From a virus (lineage: Duplodnaviria > Caudoviricetes), in the IMG/VR virus record IMGVR_UViG_3300042402_006309, positions 1,887-65,886 of that record: a stretch of 64,000 nt of DNA; one strand, given 5' to 3'. The notes under the pieces were generated by a model that was not told where the DNA came from, ran no database searches, and was given only the letters and a program-made list of their open reading frames with translations. This document shows, piece after piece, positions 18,873 to 28,094 of this stretch; within the stretch, counting starts at the first letter, position 1; each line of letters opens with the position of its first letter. The translations under genes and the position numbers were made by a program.

Positions 18873-20491
18873 GAGATGCGGAGGTTGTAGGGGATTTGCT
18901 TGAAGTCGATCCTGCCGCGCTTGAGCCGGGCCGGGGAAAGGCGTTGGGACGTGCCATAGACCACGGTCTGGGCGATGCCCTCGTGGCCGACGTTGATTTC
19001 CTCGATCACTTGCAATGTCTCGCGGCAAAGAGCGTTGCCGCCGCCGATGCTGCGGTCGCTGAGGATGCCGTTGTAGAGCAGATAGATGGCCTTGCCACGG
19101 TGAATGCCAAGCAGCGGCGACTTTGCGGAAACGCGCTCCTTGGGCAGCGGTTCGCCGGTCTCGGTGAAATAGACATGCCGCGCCAGTTCGGCAAAGCGCA
19201 CGGTGTTGCGGATCTGGCCGGTTTCGTCGAAAAGCGCATCGCCAAGCGTCACGTAGCGGAAGCCGCCGCCGAGTCCTTCGACCTGATCACCTTTGGCGTT
19301 GGTGTAGCCTTTGGCGACGCGGCGAACCCGTTCGCGGGTGATTTCCTTGGCGATTTCAGGCTGCATTTCCACCATAATGAACTGGCGCGGATCGTGTTGC
19401 GGTGAGGCAGCGTTGAGCTTTAGCACTGCGTGGCCAGTGGTGCCACTTCCCGCAAAACTATCAAGAATCAGATCACCGGGATTTGTTGAGATTTGGAGCA
19501 TTCTTTCTATTAGAATGCTAGGCTTTGGAGTGGCAAACGAGGCTGATTCAGAGAAGATGTCGCGCATCTCGTTTTTTGATGTTCTGTTGCTGCCGGCATC
19601 CTCCTTGTTCCAAAGTGTTCGCGGGACCAAATCGCTCACTTCGGTCAAATACCGCTTGATACTGGGTCGAGCTGAGCGGGTTGGTCCCCACCAGATCCGA
19701 CCATCCTTATCAAGCTCTCTGAGCTTCTCCTCTGACACCCGCCAGAAACGGCCAGCTGGTGGCGAGAACTCTCTGCCTGTGGGACCAGTGATAGTATAGA
19801 GCCCTTTGGAGTAGGGCTTGTTGGCATAGGGATCGCCGGGAATCCACAGGCCCCGCTCGTCATTGTCTGGATTATTATAGATAGAGTTAGAGGCATCTGT
19901 TCGCGGCAGTTTATTGGGTCGCCACGAAGGATGGCGTGAATAAACCAGAATATGGTCGTGATCTTCCGAGAACTGACGTGCTGAATTGCGAGGGGAATCG
20001 GCTTTCTCCCACACGAGATTTGCGACGAAATTTTGTGAACCAAAGATTTCATCCATGAGAAGCCTAAGGTGTCCGATTTCATTATCATCAAGGCAGACGA
20101 ATATCGTGCCGTCTTCCGTCAGGAAATCCCTGAGCAAGGCCAGCCTTGGATACATCATGCACAACCACCGATCATGCCGGTCGAGGGTTTCGCCTTCCTT
20201 GCCGACGGTTTCGCCGAGCCACTTGCGGATCGCGGGGCTGTTGACGTTGTCGTTATAGGCCCAGCCCTCGTTGCCGGTGTTGTAGGGAGGATCAATGCAG
20301 ACGCATTTCACCCTGCCTCTATAATACGGAAGGAGCGCTTTGAGCCCGACGAGGTTGTCGCCTTCCACGATCAGATTGCCGCTTCCTGGATCACCGCAAG
20401 AGAGCTCTGGTACGTCCTTGAGCAGATGGAACGGAACCTCCAGGTGATGATTGATGACGGCGTCCTTGCCGATCCAGTTGAGTGTGGGCAT
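18869..20491 (-). CDS. mod: Type III R-M methyltransferase Mod subunit
   Basis: IDPPYNTG, TPKP, LDSFAGSGTTGHA (beta-class order). Confidence 0.93.
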   Translation of the reverse strand: MPTLNWIGKDAVINHHLEVPFHLLKDVPELSCGDPGSGNLIVEGDNLVGLKALLPYYRGRVKCVCIDPPYNTGNEGWAYNDNVNSPAIRKWLGETVGKEGETLDRHDRWLCMMYPRLALLRDFLTEDGTIFVCLDDNEIGHLRLLMDEIFGSQNFVANLVWEKADSPRNSARQFSEDHDHILVYSRHPSWRPNKLPRTDASNSIYNNPDNDERGLWIPGDPYANKPYSKGLYTITGPTGREFSPPAGRFWRVSEEKLRELDKDGRIWWGPTRSARPSIKRYLTEVSDLVPRTLWNKEDAGSNRTSKNEMRDIFSESASFATPKPSILIERMLQISTNPGDLILDSFAGSGTTGHAVLKLNAASPQHDPRQFIMVEMQPEIAKEITRERVRRVAKGYTNAKGDQVEGLGGGFRYVTLGDALFDETGQIRNTVRFAELARHVYFTETGEPLPKERVSAKSPLLGIHRGKAIYLLYNGILSDRSIGGGNALCRETLQVIEEINVGHEGIAQTVVYGTSQRLSPARLKRGRIDFKQIPYNLRIS

Positions 20492-20536
20492 GCGGGTTGA
20501 TGTCTAATGGAAGATGATGGTGAATGGAATGAAAAC

Positions 20537-21637
20537 CTATGCGCGGAAGTTGTGATAACCCTCCTCGTCCGCATCGAAGACGGAGCGCGGGGCGTCGAAG
20601 CGGATTTCCTCGTCTTTGTCGTCGGCTTCCCAAGCGGTGACTTGTTTTCGGGCGACGGAGCCATCGACGCGGAACTCGGCGGCCCAGCCATCGCTGCATT
20701 TTTTGAACGGCTTGTCGTTGTGGATGCCGATGAGATCGACCAGGAGCTTGCGGGCGACGGAGATTTGCTGCCTTTCGGCTTCATCGCGGCGGCGTTGGGT
20801 GATGCGCCCGCCATTGGCCAGCATGCCGATGAGTGCCAGGGTCTTGTTGGTTTCTCCGCTGTGGATGGGTTTCATCCCGAGCTGAGCCCAGGATTGAAAG
20901 GCGTCCTCGCCCCGGATGCTGAAATTCAGACCATCGCGGCGCATGGTGATGAGGAGGTCTTTCCACTGCCAGTCCTTCTTCGGGGTGAAGAGCTGGTTGC
21001 GGGAAGGGCTGCGCTTGCCACGCGACGGCCGCTTGGAGGGTGCGATGGAGAGTTTTTCCAATCCTGCCGTGGTGGCGAGCACGCGGACGTGAACATCATG
21101 CTTGGCTGCCAGTTCCGCAACGTCCGAGGTGTAGCCGATGGACACCGGGATCAACACGATGGCACGGGGAATGCCGCAGATCCCCGCCTTCATGACCGAC
21201 TGTCGCGAGCGGGAGTCGGGAATGAAGAGGTGAACCGGGCGCGGGTTTTCGCGTCCGCATGGGAGAGTGCCGATTTCGTGCAGGCAGGTATCGCTCCAGC
21301 GCGGTGCTTCGGCGGCATCGAATCCGAGTTTTTCCGAGAGCATCGCGGCGAGCGCCCGGAGGTCCGGCGCGAGACGGACACACGAGGCTCGTGGCACCCG
21401 CAGCGGGGGGCGGTGTGCGGGAATGGCCGTGCTGAAGGCGATGAAGTCTCCGGTCGGTGGTTTTTCGAGTTCAAGGATCTCGCTGGGGCAATCCGGATCC
21501 TCGATGGAGTCCACGGTGCCACGAGGTTGGAGGAACTCGCTCCATGCTTCGAAATCGTCGCCCAATGCCGTCTGCCATGCGGCACGGGTGGCACCGATCT
21601 TGCCGAAGAGGTCAATGGTTTGCCAAAGCTGGAGCAT
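20537..21637 (-). CDS. Hypothetical protein (possible C-terminal winged helix)
   Basis: Long ORF within the repressor operon; start 21637 or 21700. Confidence 0.65.
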   Translation of the reverse strand: MLQLWQTIDLFGKIGATRAAWQTALGDDFEAWSEFLQPRGTVDSIEDPDCPSEILELEKPPTGDFIAFSTAIPAHRPPLRVPRASCVRLAPDLRALAAMLSEKLGFDAAEAPRWSDTCLHEIGTLPCGRENPRPVHLFIPDSRSRQSVMKAGICGIPRAIVLIPVSIGYTSDVAELAAKHDVHVRVLATTAGLEKLSIAPSKRPSRGKRSPSRNQLFTPKKDWQWKDLLITMRRDGLNFSIRGEDAFQSWAQLGMKPIHSGETNKTLALIGMLANGGRITQRRRDEAERQQISVARKLLVDLIGIHNDKPFKKCSDGWAAEFRVDGSVARKQVTAWEADDKDEEIRFDAPRSVFDADEEGYHNFRA

Positions 21638-22763
21638 GGGAAAGGAGGTTGAACGGACAGTGGTCGAGCCATTGCCTGACGACCGGGTGATGGATGTCAC
21701 CGCGGATCACGTCCTGATCCGGGCAGATGACGACGGATGGGGATTTGCGCTCACCTTCGACATCGAGAGTGAATCGGGCACGCACGAGATGAAATGGACG
21801 GAGGAAGTTCGATCCAAGTTCTTCAAGTTCGTCGAACACGTTGTCGCCATGAATGAAAAGCGAGCGATTGACACCGCGTCGCTTGATCTGCAACTCGCGC
21901 AATACCGGCGTGGCGGAGGCATCAAGTTCGGTGGGATTCAGGCAATCGCGCCCACGGCGGATGGGTTCGAGGGTGAAGCGTTTGGAGGGAACCAGAACTT
22001 TCTTGTCGCCGAAGAGATGCTGCGAAAACACGCTGCGATAAGTTTCCCTGGCTCCCTCGCTACGTCCGGAGAGCAAGACTTCGCCGGTGTGATAGACGAA
22101 TGCAACGTCATGCTTGAGAAGTCGCAGGGCGCGGGTATCGCGCTTGTTTTCGTCGTCAAGAATCTCGAATCGCTTCACATGCTCGCCATGGCGGATGAGG
22201 AACGCGTGGCCGTCGTCGTCGTCAAAGGAAAGCACCTCGCAGGTGGGGCTGTCGAACAGGTCGGCGCAGGCAAATTCGAGGTCCTTTTCCATCGCCCGGC
22301 AGACGGCGCGGTCTGGAGTGACGGGCCTGTGCCCCTTGCCGGGACTGAAGCATTTCATGGTGCGACCGCGGTCGATGCTGAACTTGGTGTAGATGCGTTC
22401 GAGCGCGGTGCGGTCCATGAGCCAGACCTTGACGGCGATGTCTCCTGCGGAGTCGCCCTTTTCCTGCACCTTGCGCACTAATTCCCCGTCCACCATGCGG
22501 AGTTCGTCGAGGCCGGCGTTCGAACTGAGGGTGTCGAGCATGTCCACGGCATCAAGGAACGCTCCGGGGCAGGTGCTTGGCGGCGATACGATGAGTGCGG
22601 ACAGTTGCTCAAGCTGGGCGTCGTTCAGTGATGCTCCACTGAAGTCCATGCCGCGACTCCGGAAAAAATCGTCGAAGCATCGCAAGAGCTTGAGCAGCGT
22701 CTCGGGCTTGATTTTGCGGAGGAATTCGGGGTTTCCGAAGCGTTTGATTTTCGGTTTGGCCAT
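21612..22763 (-). CDS. Hypothetical protein
   Basis: 383-aa ORF co-oriented downstream of the ImmA gene. Confidence 0.75.
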   Translation of the reverse strand: MAKPKIKRFGNPEFLRKIKPETLLKLLRCFDDFFRSRGMDFSGASLNDAQLEQLSALIVSPPSTCPGAFLDAVDMLDTLSSNAGLDELRMVDGELVRKVQEKGDSAGDIAVKVWLMDRTALERIYTKFSIDRGRTMKCFSPGKGHRPVTPDRAVCRAMEKDLEFACADLFDSPTCEVLSFDDDDGHAFLIRHGEHVKRFEILDDENKRDTRALRLLKHDVAFVYHTGEVLLSGRSEGARETYRSVFSQHLFGDKKVLVPSKRFTLEPIRRGRDCLNPTELDASATPVLRELQIKRRGVNRSLFIHGDNVFDELEELGSNFLRPFHLVRARFTLDVEGERKSPSVVICPDQDVIRGDIHHPVVRQWLDHCPFNLLSHAPALANH

Positions 22764-22790
22764 GGCTGGTTGTGGGGCGGTTGGGATTGG

Positions 22791-23504
22791 TTAGAAAAGG
22801 GACGGCTGGCGGGATTGTTCGAACCACCACTTGCCAAGGCGGATCGAAACCATACGGCGGCTGACCTTGAACAGGGCGGCCAGTTCACGCTCGGCGGCAG
22901 TCACGCGTGCCTCGAAGGTGCCGGAACCTGATAGAACACGCGGAAGATGGGCGCGGGCGGCTTCGATCACGAGTTGCTTGGGCAGCAGAATGGCGGCCAT
23001 CGCGAGATTCGCCTGATATTCCCACCACTCGAATTTCGGCACCTGGGCCATACCTGCCTCGGCGCGGCACATGAATCCTTCACCGCTGACGCTATCGAAA
23101 ATGCCGCCGCCATCGTCCAACAGCCGCAAGGTGGCGTCGCGTTCGAGTTTCTCGATGAAAAGCTGGCTGTGAAAGATCCCGTGTCCCACTTCGTGGGCCA
23201 GCGTCGAGCGAACACGGAGGCGGCTCACCGGATCATCCAGTTCGGCGAGTTCGCGGTTGATGGTGATGCGGCAAAGCCCGCGCAGGGTGAATTTTGCGCA
23301 TCCCATGATCTGATCCGGCAGGGTTTCATATTCCTCCTCGAAGCCAAACAGCAGGTAGATGAGGCGCTCGATGCGGATCGGGCCGGGTGTTTCGGGCAGC
23401 AAATCCACCGAGGCAAGAGCCTCGCGGCACATGCGCTCGATGTCGTTTTCTGGGATGTAGAGTCGCCGACAAAAAGGGCCGGCTGCTTGGCTTCCGGCAC
23501 TCAT
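22791..23504 (-). CDS. ImmA/IrrE-family metallopeptidase
   Basis: RSTLAHEVGH (HExxH) and EYQANLAMAAILLP; coupled to the XRE gene. Confidence 0.9.
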   Translation of the reverse strand: MSAGSQAAGPFCRRLYIPENDIERMCREALASVDLLPETPGPIRIERLIYLLFGFEEEYETLPDQIMGCAKFTLRGLCRITINRELAELDDPVSRLRVRSTLAHEVGHGIFHSQLFIEKLERDATLRLLDDGGGIFDSVSGEGFMCRAEAGMAQVPKFEWWEYQANLAMAAILLPKQLVIEAARAHLPRVLSGSGTFEARVTAAERELAALFKVSRRMVSIRLGKWWFEQSRQPSLF

Positions 23505-23857
23505 GGTTTTTTCGGCAACCGCTCCGAGATGTCCATGATCTCGGAAGGGGGTATGTTATTCTCTCGCACCGCATCGACGAATTTGCGGAAGGCGAGGCTG
23601 TATTGGGTGTCCTGTTCGATGAGTTCCTCCATCTGCCTCGACGGCGGACGGGTGGAGTATTGCAGCAGGTGGTCGAGCTCGGTATCGAGCGCGGCGGCCA
23701 TTTTCTCAAGCAGAGCCTCGGACGGACGCCGATTTCCCTGCTCGATGTCGCGGACGTGTGGAGCGGACGCGCCGACCAAGTCCCCCATCTCTCGAAAGGA
23801 AAGTCCTTTGGCGAGGCGGAGTTCCTCAAGTCGCTGACCTAGTGTCATCTCAGGCAT
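23501..23857 (-). CDS. XRE-family phage repressor
   Basis: TLGQRLEELRLAKGLSFREMG...DIEQGNRRPS HTH; divergent from the lytic genes. Confidence 0.88.
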   Translation of the reverse strand: MPEMTLGQRLEELRLAKGLSFREMGDLVGASAPHVRDIEQGNRRPSEALLEKMAAALDTELDHLLQYSTRPPSRQMEELIEQDTQYSLAFRKFVDAVRENNIPPSEIMDISERLPKKP

Positions 23858-23863
23858 GTAAGC

Positions 23864-23892
23864 AGCGTTGCTTCGATGCCTCGCCGCGTCAA
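23864..23892 (-). promoter_or_regulatory. Putative leaderless sigma70-type promoter of the repressor
   Basis: TTGACG-17 nt-AACGCT, then 6 nt to ATG 23857. Confidence 0.5.
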
Positions 23893-23923
23893 TTCTGTTT
23901 TTTCGCATGCTGCGATTTTCGGG

Positions 23924-24087
23924 TGTGTGAGGACACTGGCGGAGGATGTGTGAGGACTCTCACACATGGAAATGCCGGAATTTAGAGGCTGGCGGAATCG
24001 TTCTTTTCATCTGATGGTCAATGGATTGTGAGGAAAGAGAATGATCTGGGGGAGGGTGAGACGGGTGCGTGTGTGAGGACTCACACA
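23924..24087. promoter_or_regulatory. Operator array (TGTGTGAGGA boxes and palindromes)
   Basis: TGTGTGAGGAC at 23924, 23947, 24070; partial copy at 24027; inverted CTCACACA at 23959 and 24080. Confidence 0.7.
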
Positions 24088-24133
24088 AGGGCGAAGCGAC
24101 GGCGGCCATTTGACACCCCGCCGCATTCGCCAA

Positions 24134-25162
24134 ATGCAAACTACAACCAAATCCACCACTCCCCTGGCCATCCGCCGGGGCCGCATCCCGCGACCGCAGA
24201 AGGTCGTCATCTACGGACCCGAAGGCGTCGGCAAATCGACGCTCGCCGGTCAAACCCCCGATCCCGTCTTCATCGACACCGAAGGCGGCACGCACCACCT
24301 CGATGTCGCCCGTTTCGACGTGGCGGCTACCTGGGAGGAAATCACCGCCGCCATCGCCCAGCTCGCCAAAGCGGATCACCCATTCAAGACGCTGGTGGTC
24401 GATACCGCCGACTGGTTAGAGAAGCGGCTGGCCGAACATCTGTGCCGCAAAGCCAACAAGGATTCCATCGAGGATTTTGGTTATGGCAAGGGCTGGGTCC
24501 AACTCGCCGAGGAATTCGCCCGGTTTCTCGGCACACTTGACACGATTCTGGCGCGGGGGATGCACGTCGTGTTTCTGGCTCACTCGATGGTCCGCAAATT
24601 CGAGGCTCCCGATCAGGCGGGCAGTTATGACCGATATGAGTTGAAATTGAGCAAACAGGTCGCTCCCCTGCTCAAGGAATGGGCCGATCTGGTTCTGTTC
24701 GGCAACTTCGTCACCAAGGTCGCCGAGAAGGACAACGGCAAGATGCGCGGCGTCGGCGGCAAGGAGCGCGTTCTGTTCTCCACCCACGCGGCGGCCTACG
24801 ACGCGAAGAACCGCCACGGTCTGCCGGACAAACTTCCGTTCACCATCGAGGCCCTGGCCCCGGTGTTCGGTGCGGCGGCGGCAGTGTCGGGGGGCGCTGT
24901 CGCCGCAAAGCCGAAAGACGAAACTCCGGTTCCGACGCTCACTGACCGGATCTTCGCCGCATTCCAGCATAAAGCGGACATGGCGAACGTGGTCGATTTC
25001 CTCGTCGCCCGCGGCCAACTCCACTTCACCGAGGAAGGACCGCTCGAATCCATCGATAATCTGGATCCGGACTACGCGGCGCGGATGCTTGGCGAGCCGG
25101 ACCGCTTCGTCGCCACCGTCAACGAGTGGGCGGCAGCCAATCAGAAGGAGGGCACGCCATGA
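24134..25162 (+). CDS. Sak4-like AAA_24 ATPase (single-strand annealing)
   Basis: YGPEGVGKST, IDTEGG, VVDTADWLE, AKNR. Confidence 0.88.
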   Translation: MQTTTKSTTPLAIRRGRIPRPQKVVIYGPEGVGKSTLAGQTPDPVFIDTEGGTHHLDVARFDVAATWEEITAAIAQLAKADHPFKTLVVDTADWLEKRLAEHLCRKANKDSIEDFGYGKGWVQLAEEFARFLGTLDTILARGMHVVFLAHSMVRKFEAPDQAGSYDRYELKLSKQVAPLLKEWADLVLFGNFVTKVAEKDNGKMRGVGGKERVLFSTHAAAYDAKNRHGLPDKLPFTIEALAPVFGAAAAVSGGAVAAKPKDETPVPTLTDRIFAAFQHKADMANVVDFLVARGQLHFTEEGPLESIDNLDPDYAARMLGEPDRFVATVNEWAAANQKEGTP

Positions 25163-26163
25163 GTGCCCTGCGTCCATCCAACCTGCCGAAGCTGGCAGTG
25201 TGTCCATGCTACGAGAGCAATCCCGTAGCCGGTCCCGCCGCCGAGCGAGGCACCTTGTTAGACACGGCATTCCGCGCCGAACTGCTAGGACTCGAAGAAC
25301 GGTTCATCATCGCCAACAAGCTGACGGCCGACGAGATCGCCGCCGTTTCTTGGTCGGTCTCGATGGTGCGGGCGATGTCGGGCCGCGAGCGGGTGCTTGC
25401 CCGAGAGGACGATTGCAGGGTGAAGGTGCTCAACCTCACCGGCACCGCCGACGCCATTGTGCCCACGCGCCTGATGCACTTCGATCTGAAGACCGGGGCG
25501 CGGCGTAACTACATGGAGCAGATGGCAGCCTATGCGCTTGGGTTGATGGGCGCGCACTTCTCCGGCGAGTGGTCGGCGCATCTCTTGTTCTGCGACCAGC
25601 GCGAGATCGTGACGCACAAGTTCACCTACGAGGAGGCGCACGACATCGTCGATCAGGTCGTCAAAGCGTTCTACGACCCGGAAAAGAAACCGGCACCCTG
25701 CGAATACTGCGGTTGGTGCGCCAAGGCGGATACCTGTCCGGCACGGCTGGCGATGGTCGGCGAGACCCTGACCGTCACGGACCCCGGCTTCAATTTCGAT
25801 GCCGTGCTCGCCGACCCGGAAAAACTCGGGTGGTTTCTATCAGCCTGCGCGGTGGTCGAGGACTTCCGCGAGCGGGCGAAGAAGATCGCCACCGAGCGGC
25901 TCAAGACCGGCGGCGAGGTCCCCGGCTGGAAGCTCGTCACCCGCAAGGGCAGCGAATTTGTCGATTGCGAAACCGTCGGCCACCACATCCAGCGGATGGG
26001 CTTCGGCCCGGTGCTCGCGGCCTACGGGAATCTATCAGCCACGAAATTCCGTGACCTGTGGAGCCAGCGGATGGCCAGCGAAAAACCATTCCCGGAGGAG
26101 TCGGTGAAGCACGCCGCGCCCTCCACCTATCTCAAACAAACCAAAACCACCAATCAGAACTAA
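25159..26163 (+). CDS. PD-(D/E)XK exonuclease, DUF2800/Cas4-like
   Basis: GTADAI...DLKTG, QMAAYALG, CEYCGWC...CP. Confidence 0.8.
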   Translation: MSALRPSNLPKLAVCPCYESNPVAGPAAERGTLLDTAFRAELLGLEERFIIANKLTADEIAAVSWSVSMVRAMSGRERVLAREDDCRVKVLNLTGTADAIVPTRLMHFDLKTGARRNYMEQMAAYALGLMGAHFSGEWSAHLLFCDQREIVTHKFTYEEAHDIVDQVVKAFYDPEKKPAPCEYCGWCAKADTCPARLAMVGETLTVTDPGFNFDAVLADPEKLGWFLSACAVVEDFRERAKKIATERLKTGGEVPGWKLVTRKGSEFVDCETVGHHIQRMGFGPVLAAYGNLSATKFRDLWSQRMASEKPFPEESVKHAAPSTYLKQTKTTNQN

Positions 26164-26167
26164 GACC

Positions 26168-26581
26168 ATGCCCTCATACACAGCATCCATCCCCAGCGAA
26201 CGCCCCGATCATGTCGAACCGGGCGATCATGAAGTCGAAGTCGTCGATGCGATTGAGACGATCAGCAAGGGCGGCCACGAGATGATCGAGCTGAAGCTCA
26301 AGACATCCGCTGGCAGCTACCTCTACGACTTCCTCGTCTTCATCCCGACCGCGTTCTGGAAGATCGACGCATTCCGCGCCGCCACCGGCGAAGTCGTGGA
26401 ACCCGACCAGGACGTCGAAATCACCGCCGATCACGTCATCGGCCGCACCGGCACCGCCCGCCTCACCGTCGAGGAATACAACGGCAAGAAGCGCAACAAG
26501 GTGGCCGCCTGGATCATCGGCGACGCGAAGCCCGTCACTCAACCCCAACCCTCACGCCGTAATGCCAACGAACCATTCTGA
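26168..26581 (+). CDS. Phage ssDNA-binding protein (DUF669-like)
   Basis: OB-like, EEYNGKKRNKV, C-terminal EPF; located in a Sak4 module. Confidence 0.7.
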   Translation: MPSYTASIPSERPDHVEPGDHEVEVVDAIETISKGGHEMIELKLKTSAGSYLYDFLVFIPTAFWKIDAFRAATGEVVEPDQDVEITADHVIGRTGTARLTVEEYNGKKRNKVAAWIIGDAKPVTQPQPSRRNANEPF

Positions 26582-28088
26582 AAAGATGGGCCTTCGCGCC
26601 TATCAAATGAAGGCCCGGCAGGACATCCACAAGGGCTTCGAGGATTTCGACCGTCAACTCGGCGTGCTGCCGACCGGTGCTGGGAAAACTATTTTGTTCA
26701 GCCGTCTGGCGCAGGATTACCAACCCCAGCGCACGTTGATCCTCGCCCACCGCGAGGAACTCATCACCCAGGCGGTGGACAAGCTCCGCGCATCCACCGG
26801 CATCGAGGCCCAGGTGGAGATGGGCGAAGAACGGGCGTCACTCGACGCGCCGGTCGTGGTGGCATCCGTGCAGACGCTCATGCGTGAAAAACGCCGTGAG
26901 CGGTGGCCGCGGGATCACTTCGGACTGGTCGTCGTTGATGAAAGCCATCACATACTAGCCGACAGCTATCTCAATACTGTCCGACATTTCGACGATCACG
27001 CGAAGGTGTTGGGCGTCACCGCGACGCCTGACCGTGGCGACAAGAAGAACCTCGGAAAATACTTCGAGAACATCGCCTGCGAGGTGTCCTTGCTGGATCT
27101 GGTCAACCAGGGATGGCTCTCGCCGATCAAGGTGAAGACTGTTCCGTTAGGGATGGACCTTCGCGGCGTGCGGACGAGCCACGGTGATTTCAGCGCCGAC
27201 GATCTCGGGCATGCGCTCGAACCGTATCTCGAACAGATCGCCGATGTGATGGTGCAGCATCGTGACCGCAAGACGCTCGTGTTCCTGCCCTTGATCGCGG
27301 TCTCGAAACGCTTTGCCGAAATCTGTCGCGACCGAGGGTTGCTCGCCGAGCATGTCGATGGTCAAACGACCGAGCGGCAGGCGACGCTGGCGCGGTTCAA
27401 GCGAGACGAGACACGCATCCTCACCAATGCGATGCTGCTCACCGAAGGATACGATGAACCGTCGATTGATTGCGTTGTCTGTTTGCGGCCCACCAAGGTG
27501 CGTGCGCTCTACTCGCAGATCATCGGTCGCGGCACGCGGATCTGGCCCGGCAAAGATCACCTGCTCGTGCTCGATTTCCTGTGGCAGGCGGGAGAGCACA
27601 GCCTGATGCGGCCGGCGAACCTGATCGCCGAAGACGAAGCGGACGCGAAGGCACTCACTGAAAAACTCGGTGCCGAGGGCGACCTCGAAGAGGCACGCGA
27701 GGAAGTGAATGCTGATCGCACCCGCTCGCTCACCGAACGGCTTCGCGCCAACCGGACGCGTCGCGGGGGCGTGCTCGATCCACTTGAGCTTGCCGTCTCC
27801 CTTAACGAGGCGGCCTTGGCCGACTATGTCCCCACCATGCGATGGCAGGCGGACGCGCCCACGGCCAAGCAGCTCGATGTGCTGGAAAAGTTCGGCCTGG
27901 ATACCATGAACATCCTGACCAAGGGGCACGCGTCGCTGATCCTCGACCGCCTCATCACCCGTCGCAAGCTCGGTCTGGCGACGCCGAAACAAGTCCGCGT
28001 GATGCGCCGCTACGGCCACCAACGCCCGGAAATCGCCACCTTTGAGGAAGCCAAGGCATTCCTCGACACCCAATTCGCACATCGCTGA
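26562..28088 (+). CDS. SF2 DEAD/DEAH-type helicase
   Basis: LPTGAGKT, DESHH, TATPDR, TEGYD, QIIGRGTR. Confidence 0.92.
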   Translation: MPTNHSEKMGLRAYQMKARQDIHKGFEDFDRQLGVLPTGAGKTILFSRLAQDYQPQRTLILAHREELITQAVDKLRASTGIEAQVEMGEERASLDAPVVVASVQTLMREKRRERWPRDHFGLVVVDESHHILADSYLNTVRHFDDHAKVLGVTATPDRGDKKNLGKYFENIACEVSLLDLVNQGWLSPIKVKTVPLGMDLRGVRTSHGDFSADDLGHALEPYLEQIADVMVQHRDRKTLVFLPLIAVSKRFAEICRDRGLLAEHVDGQTTERQATLARFKRDETRILTNAMLLTEGYDEPSIDCVVCLRPTKVRALYSQIIGRGTRIWPGKDHLLVLDFLWQAGEHSLMRPANLIAEDEADAKALTEKLGAEGDLEEAREEVNADRTRSLTERLRANRTRRGGVLDPLELAVSLNEAALADYVPTMRWQADAPTAKQLDVLEKFGLDTMNILTKGHASLILDRLITRRKLGLATPKQVRVMRRYGHQRPEIATFEEAKAFLDTQFAHR

Positions 28089-28094
28089 TCCCCC

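Noticed and set aside
24537-24562. TTGACA 17 nt before an in-frame ATG inside the Sak4 gene
   Set aside because: A start here would split the ATPase fold; probably chance, so not counted in the motif set
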